From Pristiophorus japonicus (lineage: Eukaryota): a DNA stretch of 64,000 nt. Numbering within the stretch: the first letter of the stretch is position 1; the number at the start of each line of letters is the position of its first letter. The notes under the pieces were generated by a model that was not told the DNA's origin, did no database searches, and saw nothing but the letters and a program-made list of their open reading frames with translations. Positions 39,703 to 51,259 of this stretch are shown here, in pieces. The stretch lies in assembly GCF_044704955.1 (NCBI RefSeq), contig NC_091978.1, positions 158,410,001-158,474,000 of the forward strand, written 5' to 3'. Position numbers and translations under genes: made by a program.

Positions 39703-41271
39703 CAGCTCAATTTTGCCCAAGCCTGTTTTCTGGTGTATTGTCAGAGTTATGCCCGTTTTTCTAGGCCAGAAATGCGCTGAAAATAATTTGCCAAAGTTTC
39801 CCCAATGTATAATTCGAAGTTGGCAGCGTGCAACGTGTCCAGCCACCTCGTTGGGGGGGGGGGGGGGGGGGGTGGAGCCTGGTGTCTGCACCAAAAAACA
39901 ATGCCGCACCTTTTGTGCATGCGTGGAAAAAGAAAATTACGTTTCTGACATCGTTGCAATGGACTCGCATGAGCAGTACAGTTCCGAGTTGGCAATCGGC
40001 CATTTTTAAAGAGCCAGTTGTGTGTGTGAGAAGGAGTGCTGTTTGAGAGCATTGGAAAAATCACAGCTGCAGCAGTACAAGATGCAACATAAGAACATAA
40101 GAAATAGGAGCAAGAGTAGGCCATATAGCCCCTCGAGCCTGCTCCACCATTTAATACGATCATGGCTGATCCAATCATGGACTCAGGTCCACTTCCCTGC
40201 CCGCTCCCTATAACCCCTTATTCCCTTATCGGTTAAGAAACTGTCTACCTCTGTCTTAAATTTATTCAATGTCCCAGCTTCCACAGCTCTCTGAGACAGC
40301 GAAATGCACAGATTTACAATCCTATGAGAGAAGAAATTCCTCCTCATCTCAGTTTTAAATGGGCGGCCCCTTATTCTAAGATTATGCTCTCGAGTTATAC
40401 TCTCCCCCATCAGTGGAAACATCCTCTCTGCATCCACCTTGTCAAGCCCCCTCATAATCATACACATTTCAATAAGATCACCTCTTATTCTTCTGAATTT
40501 CAGTGAATAGAGGCCCAACCTACTCAACCTTTCCTCATAAGTCAACCCCCTCATCTCTGGAATCAACCTAGTGAACGCGGTGCAAGGACCAAGAATTTCT
40601 TACAGGAAGAAGTGGAGGCACTAGTTACTGTGATTGAGAACAGATGGCAGGAGCTGAACACCAGCAGAGGTCACATAAAAGCTCCACCCAAAGAAATGAA
40701 GAAACACTGGAGGCAAGTTGCAGAAGATTACTGTGCAATGTTGAACACCACGAGATCTGGAGGCCATTGAAAAAGAAGTGTCAGGACCTTGATCAAGTAG
40801 TTAGTGTAAGTAATATTTTCATTTATTAAATGAAATTGCAATTGTAAATATGACCATCTGTATGTCCCACCCAGCAGAAAGATCCTCTCATTAAAAAGTT
40901 AGGTTTTCATCTTTGCAGAGGAAGGTGGCACATAATAAAAGGTGAAAGAACTCGAACTGGAGGAGGCCCTGCAAATCTGCAGCCACTGATACCCTTGGAA
41001 GAGAGGGTCACTGCTGTGATGGGTGCTGCCTGGAGAAAGGCAATCAGTACTGCACAAGCTGGGCCCACACTCGAGGGAGAGGGGAAGTCCTGCAAATTCA
41101 TCGTGGTCCTTCAAATGAGCCTATGAAGTAAAAAAAAAACTCGCCTAGGAAAATCGGAACTAAGTCAGTTACGCCAGCGCAGATCACAGGGGGAAATTTG
41201 GAAAAAAATAAATACTGCAAAAAAAGGCGCACCAAAAAAAACAAAGCAAATGACCGAGGAAAATTGAGCGC
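39703..41271 (+). mobile_element. Non-autonomous PIF/Harbinger-type element retaining a Myb/SANT gene remnant; CR1 fragment inserted at 40088-40574
   Basis: Imperfect TIRs GCTCAATTTT...AAAATTGAGC. Translates to MQRGARTKNFLQEEVEALVTVIENRWQEL...KKHWRQVAEDY, a GT-AG intron at ~40806-40918, then RKVAHNK...RTGGGPANLQPL. Confidence 0.75.
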
Positions 41272-42065
41272 AAGATGTTACTGATCAAGCGGTCAGGCAT
41301 ATCACAGTTTGTGATCTCTCAATGATGTGAGACAACCTCAGAACTGACTGCAGAGTACATTCACTTTATTAAACATAGAAACTTGTTCCCTTGCATGGAC
41401 AGAGGGTTCATTCCGAATATCTTGCAGAGACGAACAGGCAGTTGCACCCGGAGGACTGGTATAGCGAGTAAGAGAGAGATCAGAGTTTCCTTACCTCTTA
41501 CCGTATTCGGTGTATTCGTTTTCACTTCTTTGCCAGGCAGTGGCGGGTGTCATCAGCTCATGCTGTATGCCATGTGGTTAGGCCCGAAGTGGTATTAGGA
41601 TTTCTTTTAATGGCTCATACAGGGGATTTCCCCTGCTGACTGTATGTAGACAAATTATAGACTGACTAAAAAAAATTGCCGTGGGCAGCAAACAGAGGAC
41701 ATGTTCCCCATTTGTGCTTATTTTCAGGTCATGATTTATACAATACTCAGCACCATTTGTTGATATCTGCTGAAATAGGAAGTATGGCAATAAAAATTGT
41801 GACAACAGGCGTGGGATTGTAGCCATGATCTCCTTTGCATGTGTCATCTGTATTAATTGCAAAGTATTTGCTGACCTCAATGCAAACCTATCCTGAATAT
41901 TTAATGTTTAGTGTAGTGATTGGAAGTTCTATTATTGGTCGTTGCCACTGTACTACTACTTTTGCTCTGATGTAGAGTTGTTTCAAGTGTGCACCAAAAC
42001 AACAGCTGTAACTTCAGAGCTTATTGTCACCCACAACTAAATGCAGCCGAAGTTATGACTCTAGT

Positions 42066-42330
42066 CTAAAACAAAAGCAAAATACTGAGGATGCTGGAAT
42101 CTGAAATAAAAACAGAAAATGCTGGAAATCTCAGCGGTGGAGAGAGAAACAGTGTTTCAGGTCGATGATCCTTCGTCAGAACTGGCAATAGTTTAAAATG
42201 TAACAGATTCTTAATGAAGTGCTGGCGCCCTGAAAGGGGGAGGGAGGGGGGAAAGAACAAAAGGGAAGGTCTGTGATCGGTTGGAAGGCAGAAGAGATTT
42301 GAGAGACTAAGGGGATGATGAGCTGAATAA
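42066..42330 (-). repeat. Penelope-like terminal repeat with a hammerhead-ribozyme core
   Basis: The minus strand reads CTGACGA-AGGATC-ATC-GACCT-GAAAC-ACT-GTTTC (42146-42179). Confidence 0.6.
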
Positions 42331-43343
42331 CTCTAGTCTGCTGGTTGTTTCTCATTAGAATAATGGCAGCTGAACAGTAACCAAGAAATCTGGTAGGTGG
42401 GTGCTTCACCCGGCTTCAGATCCCAGCCTTGATGGATGTTCACACTTAGACTTAGATTCGCACTTAGTGGGAGGAACAGGTGACTTTGGACCTATGGTTT
42501 CCAAAGCTCTTCACCATTGGGGTTTCCCTCATGTCATGTCTGGGTCTGTTATAAATTAAGTGATAGAGATTGATTGCTATGATTAGTCAATACTCCATTA
42601 TCATGGTATTACATGACTACCAGGATGGTGGAAGGTGACCTAGATGGGCCATGGTCTTTTTTTGTCTAACATTTTCCGTGTTCCTATTCTCCTGGATGTC
42701 AGGATGACAAGTTCTCAGATAGTTATTGAGCAAGATACTAAACGGAGGTAAGCCATCATATCAATGGGCTGGAGGTTTATTTAGGTGATGTGCCTCTTTC
42801 ACTAACCAATAAAGAGCATCATAGATTGGGTCCTACAAAGATATCCTCAAGATGCCAACTCACCCATTCTCCAGGTCACAGACTCCTGCCTGGCAGAGCT
42901 AAGTCATTGTGCGTGGGAAGGAGGCCAAGAACACGAGGAAGAAAGTGAGAGAGATTGGAGTTAATAAGGTCTTCAAACCTGCCAATAAATATTTTAACAC
43001 TCAAGCTCACATAAATACAATTATAAACAATTTCCTATTGATTTTGATTTTTGAAATAGTAAAGATAATCCCAAGGAATACATGTAGGATATGGAAATGT
43101 ATATTTTAAAAGACTAAATACTGAATTTCATGTTTTCTCCTTTTTTTAGTTTACAGAATGAAGGTCCTCCTTGTGCTTTCCGGAATCCTCTTTGTAGTCC
43201 AAGGTAAGCAGACCACATGCATCACCCACATCATTAATGACACTGGGATGACACTCGGATCCCCATCTACTATGACTGGTTGAATGGAACTCCTAAAATG
43301 CACGGGAAAAAAACTCTTTAAATTTGCTTTCACAAAGTGAAAA

Positions 43344-44087
43344 GGGGAGAAATTCGGGAGCGTTCCGTTTGGGCCGCTAACTTTTAGAAGTTGAAAAAAT
43401 TAGCACCAGGCTCTAAACATTTTCAACTTTTAAAACATTTGGTGGTTGTACTCCAGGAAGGAAGTGGAGCACTAAGCGCTCCTTTTCCTTCCTGGAGCAC
43501 AACAGGATGCAGGCAGGGCGATCGTGGTGCAGCGCTGCTACGTTCTCAGGCTCTTTCCCTCCCTTAAAGGGAAGAGCCATCGATGCAGGCTCTGCAATGG
43601 GCCCGGTGAGCTGGTCCCCGACAGCAGCCACGATCTGGCTTGATCTGCCCAATGCACTGCAGCAGAATGCCGGGCTGATTAATCGCGGCCAAAGAGCAAT
43701 ACAAAAAAATTGAAAAAGACCATTGCATAATTTTCTGTACTTCCCTCGGCCACGTCCCCTTTAACCTTCACCCCCCCCCCCCCCCCAAAGCACCCAGCCT
43801 CCAGATCAATGCCTTCTGCAGCTGCCGGTGTTTTCGCCCGACGATGCTATAGTGAGTGTGACTGAAGTTCGAGTCTGGGGCGTTACCGGGGCAATGCGCA
43901 CGGCATTGACGTCACGATCTCGGGACAAAGGAGATCGGGGCACAACGTCCTACTGCCGGTGTAAACCACCCGCCGAAGTTAGTGGGAGTCGTTCATCCTG
44001 GTCGATAAGAATTTCGCGCCCCGCTATCACCCCCCCCCCCCCCCGGAGGCGATAACGGGAGGCGATAAGGAGGCCAATGTCTAGGCC
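43344..44087. mobile_element. GC-rich MITE-like insertion (possibly Harbinger-derived)
   Basis: Abrupt GC/CpG-rich block in AT-rich flanks, with degenerate inverted ends (GGGGAGAAATT...AATGTCTAGGCC). No coding similarity recognised. Confidence 0.45.
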
Positions 44088-45757
44088 AAAGACTGTAACG
44101 GGTGAGGTGTCATTATCAGCATTTACCTAACTGTGAGAAGGACACTGGTACAATTAATGAAATGTAGGCACATTGTTAATCTGACACTATAGTATCCTAT
44201 GTTTGTTACAGTCAATAAAATGTCATCAAAATTGAAGTTCTTCATTTGTCTCTGTATTGGTCCCCAGCATGAAGTGAGGCACTGACATTCTCCTTTATTG
44301 AATATCATCCAATGGATAAATCTCAGCTGGATCCTCTTGTAGATCACAGAACAAGAATAACATTGTTTATTAATTATTTCAAAATGATAATCTTGTTTCT
44401 TATATATTTATAATATTAATTCCTTAACCATCTTGAATGATCTTTCTCTCCAAATACCCTCTCCCTTAAAAATAAACAAAACAAAACATGAGACAGTAAA
44501 TTTCCTGAGGAAGATAATAACATAATTAGAATGTGGTGGTCAACCAGGGAACTAACAGGAGGAAGAAGCTCTGTGAAGATTCCCATTCTCAACCATGCAC
44601 ATGAGTAGAAGAGACAAGGCTGAAGTGTACGCAAAAGCCATTATGGAAAAATGCTGATGCTGAGTTACAAAACTGCTTTTGTGGAAGGCTCTGTGAAGTT
44701 CAAATCCCCAGGCCCAGCAGCTAAAGGAGCAAATTGCAGCTCCTCCAATTCCACTTGTCTTCTTCTTAAGCAATCCCTTGGAATTGAGGATGACTTGCTT
44801 CCATACTGTGGTGTATGTAGCACTCAAATCACTGACTCCACACGGTCTGGTGTTGTAGTAACTGCTGTGACCTTAGTCCTTTATTGTGTAACTCCAGAGT
44901 GCCTCTCAGGTGTGGTGGGCAGCCTTTTATACTCTGTCTTGCAGGTACTTTCAGGTCTCCCACCACAGCACTCTCTGTGGTGCACCATTGTACTTATACA
45001 TTTAATGTACCTGGACAATACATAACATCTCACTTCCCCCCCCGCCCCCGCAGTTCCAAAAGCCATTGCCAGTAACCTCGGCCTTGCTCGTCCTGGTTGA
45101 GATGTTATGTCAAAAGGTTGCAGGTACACTGAACAGTTATTTAATCCCAGCTCACTGGGTGAGGTATGCTGCCCCTTTTTGCCCGAGGTAATGGGCTGCG
45201 CTGAGACAGGGTATTGCAACTAGTGCGTTGCCTCTGTTCTCAGTAGTTGCCTAAGTGGCTCATCTGCAGCCGCTGAACCATTGCATGAATCACGTAAAAT
45301 CGAAAATCGCCTTGGTCCATTAGATATGTTAGTCACGGACCCCTTAATCCTTTTACTTGTACATCGTGGTATTAATTCTTTTCGTAAATCATTCATAGCG
45401 ATCATTTTAAACACAGTACCCATATAGAATCAAAATATTAACTCTTATCCTAAATCACATCATCATACAAATCACATTACTCAATTAGACTCGCTCTTGC
45501 CTTACAAAAGTCTCTTTGTGGTGTAAGGCCCTTTTAAGGCTCCCGGGTGCATTTCCCTTTTAAGATTCCATCTTGTGGTTCCCACCAGGCTTCCACTGGG
45601 CGTCGCCATTTTAGTTGCTCTGCTTGCTTTTGTTCTGCTGAGCTCGCTGGCATGGCGTTTTAGGAAGAACTAGAAGGGGTAAAGAAGGAAGAAAGAAGAA
45701 AAATGGCCAAGAATGAATGAATCTTGAATTGTGGCAGAAATGGTTCTGTGGATTCGA

Positions 45758-46240
45758 TCAGTCATAGTCCCTATGGCCTCCGTAACTGCCGTAACTGCTG
45801 CCTAATCCGCCGCTCTGGCTCTTGTGCCCACCCAAGTAGCTGTCGCGTTCTCCTGGGTCATACTTGCTGCCGCTGTAGCCTCTGCCGCCTCTGTAGCCTC
45901 CTCTCCTGCCGTTCGGGCCACCGCTGTAGCCTCTGCCGCCTCTGTAGCCATCTCTCCTGCCGTTCCGGCCACCGCTGTAGCCTCCGCCGCTGCTGTAGCC
46001 TCCTCTCCTGCCGTTCGGGCCGCCGCCGTCCCGGCCTCCACCGTAGCCGCGACCGCTGCCCGACTTTCTCTCCGCGTGGGCCCCCCCGATTTGTCGTCCG
46101 TCGATGGATGTCCCGATCAACGCCTGCTCTTCCAGGGTCTGCTCGTCTGTGGAGGCTGAGGCTGCAAGATTGCTTGAGGTCAGGAGTTCTGGGCTGCTGT
46201 CGTCTGTGTGGGGATTTAGACTGCCGATGAATGGCTTCTT
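45758..46240 (-). pseudogene. CIRBP/RBM3-like retro-captured fragment (degenerate RRM + RGG tail)
   Basis: KPFIGSLNPHTD, STDEQTLEEQ and ALIGTSIDGRQIGGAHAERKS parallel CIRBP KLFVGGLSFDTNEQSLEQ and [20 protein letters not shown]. These are followed by a G/R/Y/S-rich tail ending RDYD*. Confidence 0.7.
45871..46023. repeat. Three ~51-bp tandem units encoding (GGRGYSGGPNGRRGGYR)-like repeats
   Basis: Direct repeats of CCGCTGTAGCCTCTGCCGCCTCTGTAGCCTCCTCTCCTGCCGTTCGGGCCA. Confidence 0.85.
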
Positions 46241-49200
46241 TCTCCTTCAGCTCGGTCGGCGCTGCTCTTTGGGAACCTGGGGAACTGCAGTCTGTGGAGG
46301 AATGAAGTCTTACCAGCTCCCACGGACCTTCCCCATCCACCTCCTGCCGAGAAGCGTGGGCCCATTGCCTGCAATGACCCACAAAGGTAAACCGTGCGTC
46401 TCGCCCCCGTGAGATACCTGCACCTCCGCTCTGTCAAGAACAGGTATCAGTTCCCTGGTGTAGGTGCGCAGCTTCACCGTGATCGGGACCAGCTTGGGTC
46501 GTGCAGCTGGGTTGACCCACAGTTTCTCAAAAGTTCTCTGACTCATCAACGACGGACCCGATCCAGCGTCCACTTCCATACTCACTGGGACTCCATTGAT
46601 CTTGACTTCCATAATCACTGGGGCCGAATCGTCGGTACACGTAGACAGTCCAAACAACGCCTCATCTTCTTCTGCCTGCCCCTCGCTGGATGGTGGATCC
46701 TCTACCATCTCCTCAGCCACACGGTGAGTCAGGTTTCTTTTGCACATACGCTGAAGGTGGCCTTTCGTGTGGCAGGTATTGCACCTATACTCCGCAAACC
46801 TGCACCGGTGAGCCCCATGGCTTCCTCCGCAGCACCAGCATGGTGCTACTCGATTAGACTCCCTCGGCGGACTCTGAGATCCAAGACCCCGAGATCCGTG
46901 CTCCCTGCTCTGGGCAGAGCCATGTTCTTCAGTTTTGTCCATGGTGGGCGCTATCCTGTGGACAGTGCCTGCCGGGTTCGAGACTGTATGGATCATCTGC
47001 TTGGTGCTGCACGTCAAGGTCATAAATGCCCTACTGATGGTGATGGCTTGCTTCAGGGTGACTGTGGGTTCAGTGGATAGCAGCTTGTGAAGGAGACCCT
47101 CATGGCCAATCCCCATAACAAAGACGTCTCGCAACGCGTCGTCAAGGTGTGTGCCAAAATCACATGGCGCCGCGAGTCTCCTGAGGTCCGCAACATATTT
47201 GGTGACATCCTGGCTCTCAGGTCTGCAGTGGTGGTAGAATTTGTGCCGGGCCGTGAGGATGCTCTCCTTCGGTTTCAGTTGGTCATGAATGAGTGCGATC
47301 AGCTCCTCATATGACTTATCCCTGGTGCTCGCGGGTGCCAACGAAGCCCTGACGAGACAGTAAACCTCATCACCACAACTGGAAAGCAATATCGCCTAAC
47401 GCTTCTCTCTCAGTGCATCCGTGTTCCCCGTCAGGTCGTTTGCTGTGAAGTAATACTCAAGCCTTTCCGTAAAGGCCTCCCAATCATTGCCCACCGTAAA
47501 ATCCTTTAGCGAGCCCAGAGTAGCCATGGTTGCGTGAAGTTCGTCCGTGTCTTTGTCGCCAATGTGGTGTATGTAGCACTCAAATCACTGACTCCACACG
47601 GTCTGGTGTTGTAGTAATTGCTGTGACCATAGTCCTTTATTGTGTAACTCCAGAATGCCTCTCAGGTGTGGTGGGCAGCCTTTTATACTCTGTCTTGCAG
47701 GTACTTTCAGGTCTCCCATCACAGCGCCCTCTGTGGCGCACCATTGTAATTATACATTTAATGTACCTGGACAATACATAACATCTCACTAAAATTAATT
47801 CTCAGGTGACTGATGAGTCCAATGTGGGACCTACAGTCTCTGTCACAGGTGGGGCAGATGGTGGTTGGAGGGGTGGGTGGGTGGGGTACTTGGGTTGTTA
47901 TGCGTTCCTTCCGCTGTTTGCGCTTAGATTCCGTTTGCTCCTGGCGAAGAGACTCGAGGTGTTCGGTGCCTTCCCGGATGCTTCTCCTCCACTTTTTGCA
48001 ATGTTGAGCCAGAGATTCCCAGGTGTCGGTGGGGATGTTGCACTTTTTCAGGGAGGCTTTGAGGGTGTCTTTGAAGCATTTCCTCTGCTCACCTGGGGCT
48101 CTCTTGCCGTGTCGGAGCTCCGAGTAGATCGCTTGTTTTGGGAGTCTTGTGTCAGGCATTCGGGCGATGTGGCCCGCCCAATGGAGCTGATCGAGTGTTG
48201 TCAATGCTTCGATGCTGGGGATGTTGGTCAGAGCGAGAACCCTGACGTTGGTGCACCTATCCTGCCAATGGATTTGCAGAATCTTGCAGAATCTTGCAGA
48301 GGCAGCATTGGTGGTACTTCTCCAGTGTTTTGAGGTGCCTACTGTACATGGTCCATGTCTCTGAAGCATATAGGAAGGTGAGTATCACTATTGCTCTGTA
48401 GACCATGAGCTTGGTGTCGGGTTTGAGGTCCTGGTCTTCAAACACCCTCTTCCTCAGGCGACCGAAGGCTGCACTGGCACACTGGAGGCATTGTTGGACT
48501 TCGTCATCGACATTGACAGTAGGCTCTAGAGGTATGGAAAATGGTCCACGATTTCCAAGATCTCGTCGTGGATTTTGATAATCGGGGGGCAGTGATGTGT
48601 GGCGGGGGCAGGTTGGTAGAGGACCTCTGTCTTACGGATGTTTAGTGTGAGGTCCATGCTCTCGTATGCTTCGATGAAGGTTTGGAGTTCGACCTCCGAG
48701 TATGCGCAGATGCAAGTGTCATCTACGTGCTGTAATTCAATGACAGAGGATGGGACGACCTTGGATCTGGACTGGAGGCGATGGAGGTTGAACAGTTTCC
48801 TGTTTGTTCTGTAGATTAGCTCCACTCCAACAGGTAGCTTACTGAGGGTGAGAAGGAGCATTGCAGCATGGAAGATTGAAAAGAGCGTTGACACAGCCTT
48901 GCTTGACCCTGGTCCATACGTGAAGTGGGTCTCTGGTGGATCTGTTGGTCAGGATCACGTATTGCATGTCATTGCGAACCAGGCGGAGGATGGTGACTAA
49001 ATTTGAGGAGGACACTCCATAATCCCTCACGATTGACATTGTCAAAGACCTTTCTGAGGTCGAAGATGGTCATGTACAGAGGTTGGTGCTGTTCCCTGCA
49101 TTTCTCTTGAAATTGACACATCTTGTGAAGATCACATCTATTGTGCCCCTAAGTGGGTGGAATCTGCATTGTGACTCTGGGAGGAGCTCTTCAGCTACTG

Positions 49201-51259
49201 GGAGGAGGCAATTGAGGAACATTCTTGCGATGACGTTCCCTTTGGCATGCAGCAGGGAGATTTGTCTGTAATTACCGCAATTAGACTTGTCACCTTTCTT
49301 GAAGATGGTCACGATTATGGTGGCTCTGAGTTCCCCTGGCATGCTCTCCTCCTTCTAAATAAAATAAATGAGTTCATGGATTTGCGCCAATAGTGCTTCT
49401 CTGCCATGCTTTAGTGCCTCGGCGGGGATTCCATCTGCTCCTGAGGCCTTGTTGTTCTTCAGTTGTCAGATGGCCTTTTCTACCTAATGCCGGGCTGGGG
49501 TTATGCTGAGGTGGTGGCGGGTAGCATGCTGCGGGATGGAATTGAGGACACTCATGTTGAAGACGGAGTCTCGGTTAAGGAGATCTTCGAAGTGCTCCTT
49601 CCAGTGAGCACTGACTGCCTCTCTGTCCTTGATGTGTACCTCTCCATTCTTTGCCTGCAGTGGGGTAGGGACTTCGGTGTTTGTGCCGTAGGTGGTCTTG
49701 ACTGTGCCAAAGAATCCACGCATGTCATGGTTGTCGGCTAGTAGCTGGATCTCCTGCGCTTTCTCCACCCACCATCTGTTTTTTAGGTTGCGAGTTTTTT
49801 GTTGGATCTTGGCCTTCAGATGTCTATGGAGCTGCTTTCTTGCTCTCGAGTTGTGTTGTTGTTTCCAGTTCAAGAATGCCTTGTGCTTATGGCTTATTAG
49901 CTCCTGGATCTCCTGGTCATTCTCGTCTAACCAGTCTTGATGTTTCCTGGTCGAGTGACCGAGCATCTCTTCGCAGGTGCTACTTATGGAGGCCTTGAGG
50001 GCAGACCAGGTGTTGTGGACACTCCAAGTCTCTGGTTCAACAGGAGTCGTCAGGTTGACAGTGAGGCACTGGCTGAATAGAGCTTTCTTAGCAGGGTCTT
50101 TGAGTGCTCCAGCGTTGATTTTCCTGCGGCATAATTTTTGTTGCCGCCGCTGTTTTGGGGCTATGTTGATGGAGATGACAGTACGGATTAGGCGGTGGTT
50201 CATCCAGCAGTCGTAAGCTTCTGTTATGGCGCAGGTGATGCGGTCCCTCACTCGGACAATGACGTAGTCTAGCAGATGCCAGTGCTTGGAGCGAGGGTGT
50301 TGCCATGAAGCCTTGTACTTGTCTCTCTGATGGAACAAGGTGTTGGTTGTGACAAGGCCGTGTTCTAACCTCATCAGGAGGAGAGTACCATTGGAGTTGG
50401 TTTTCCCTATCCCCTCTCTGTCGATCACATCTCCCCATAGGTCTGTGTCCTTTCCAACTCTGGCATTAAAGTTGCCAAGGAGTATCAGCTTGTCATCCGC
50501 TGGGACTCGGGACAGGGATTGTTCGAGGCTGGAGTAGAATTAATTTTTGGTTTCGTCTGTAGCTTCCAGTATTGGGGCATATGCTCTGAAGACCGTAACG
50601 CACTGGTTCCAGACTAGGGTGAGCTAAAGAGTCATGAGGCGTTCGATTATTCCACAAGAGGAGTCTCTGAGACGCCCAACTCTCTCTGTTTTATGGTGAA
50701 GCCTACCTCATGGAGGCGGCGTTCTTCTTCTGGTTTACCTTTCCAGAAGAAAGTGCAACTACCATTTTATTCCTTGAACTGGCCTTCCCCTGCCTGCCGG
50801 GTCTTGCTTGGGGCAGCGATATCTATGTCGAAACATCTAAGCTCGCGGGCAACAATAGCAGTACAGCATTCTGATCTGTTGCCATTGGGGTTGTCCATGA
50901 GGGTCCTGACGTTCCAGGTCCGGAATTTCATTTTAAAGGGTGGAAGATGCCTGTGTGCGAATTCTTTTATCATGGGGTGCACACCAGCTACCACACAGGC
51001 TTGACAGAGCAAGGTCTTGGTCCAATGGCAAGGGGATCCAAGACGATTGGAAAACATGGCTCTGCTACATATTCCACCTGTACTTGGTCCTCAATTATAC
51101 TTTTAGCTTCACTAAGTGATCTCTTATGTAACTCACCAACTGATCCCTATGTATCTGTACTTGCCGTTGTAGGAGTGGGTGATGCAAGGTGCTGGTAGGT
51201 GCTTGGTTGAGGCCAGATATTCCCTTTCTCCTCCACCCTCACCTCCAGCAACAGGTGCG

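Larger units (their letters stand above)
44807..47783 (-). mobile_element. Non-autonomous Gypsy LTR element: gag-protease plus a captured CIRBP/RBM3-like segment
   Basis: 221-bp LTRs at 44807-45027 and 47563-47783 (about 8 mismatches by eye). PBS TGGCGACAAAG and G-rich PPT. Gag ATG at 47527, CCHC knuckles and protease VDAGSG. No RT or IN. Confidence 0.92.
44757..51060 (-). mobile_element. Near full-length RTE LINE (body 47790-51060; 3' tail 44757-44806 displaced by the Gypsy insertion)
   Basis: Start MKFRTWNVRTLMD, APE motifs (WQHPRSKHWHLLDYV), RT, and C-terminal CPTCDRDC. The 3' UTR GACTTGCTTCC lies to the left of the LTR element. Confidence 0.9.

Noticed and set aside
45724-46382. Cys/Arg-rich, Ala-rich and Arg/Gln-rich ORFs resembling protamine or antifreeze proteins
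   Set aside because: They are alternative frames or the antisense of the 51-bp repeat. Only the Gly-rich frame is continuous with gag-protease and has RRM-like flanks.
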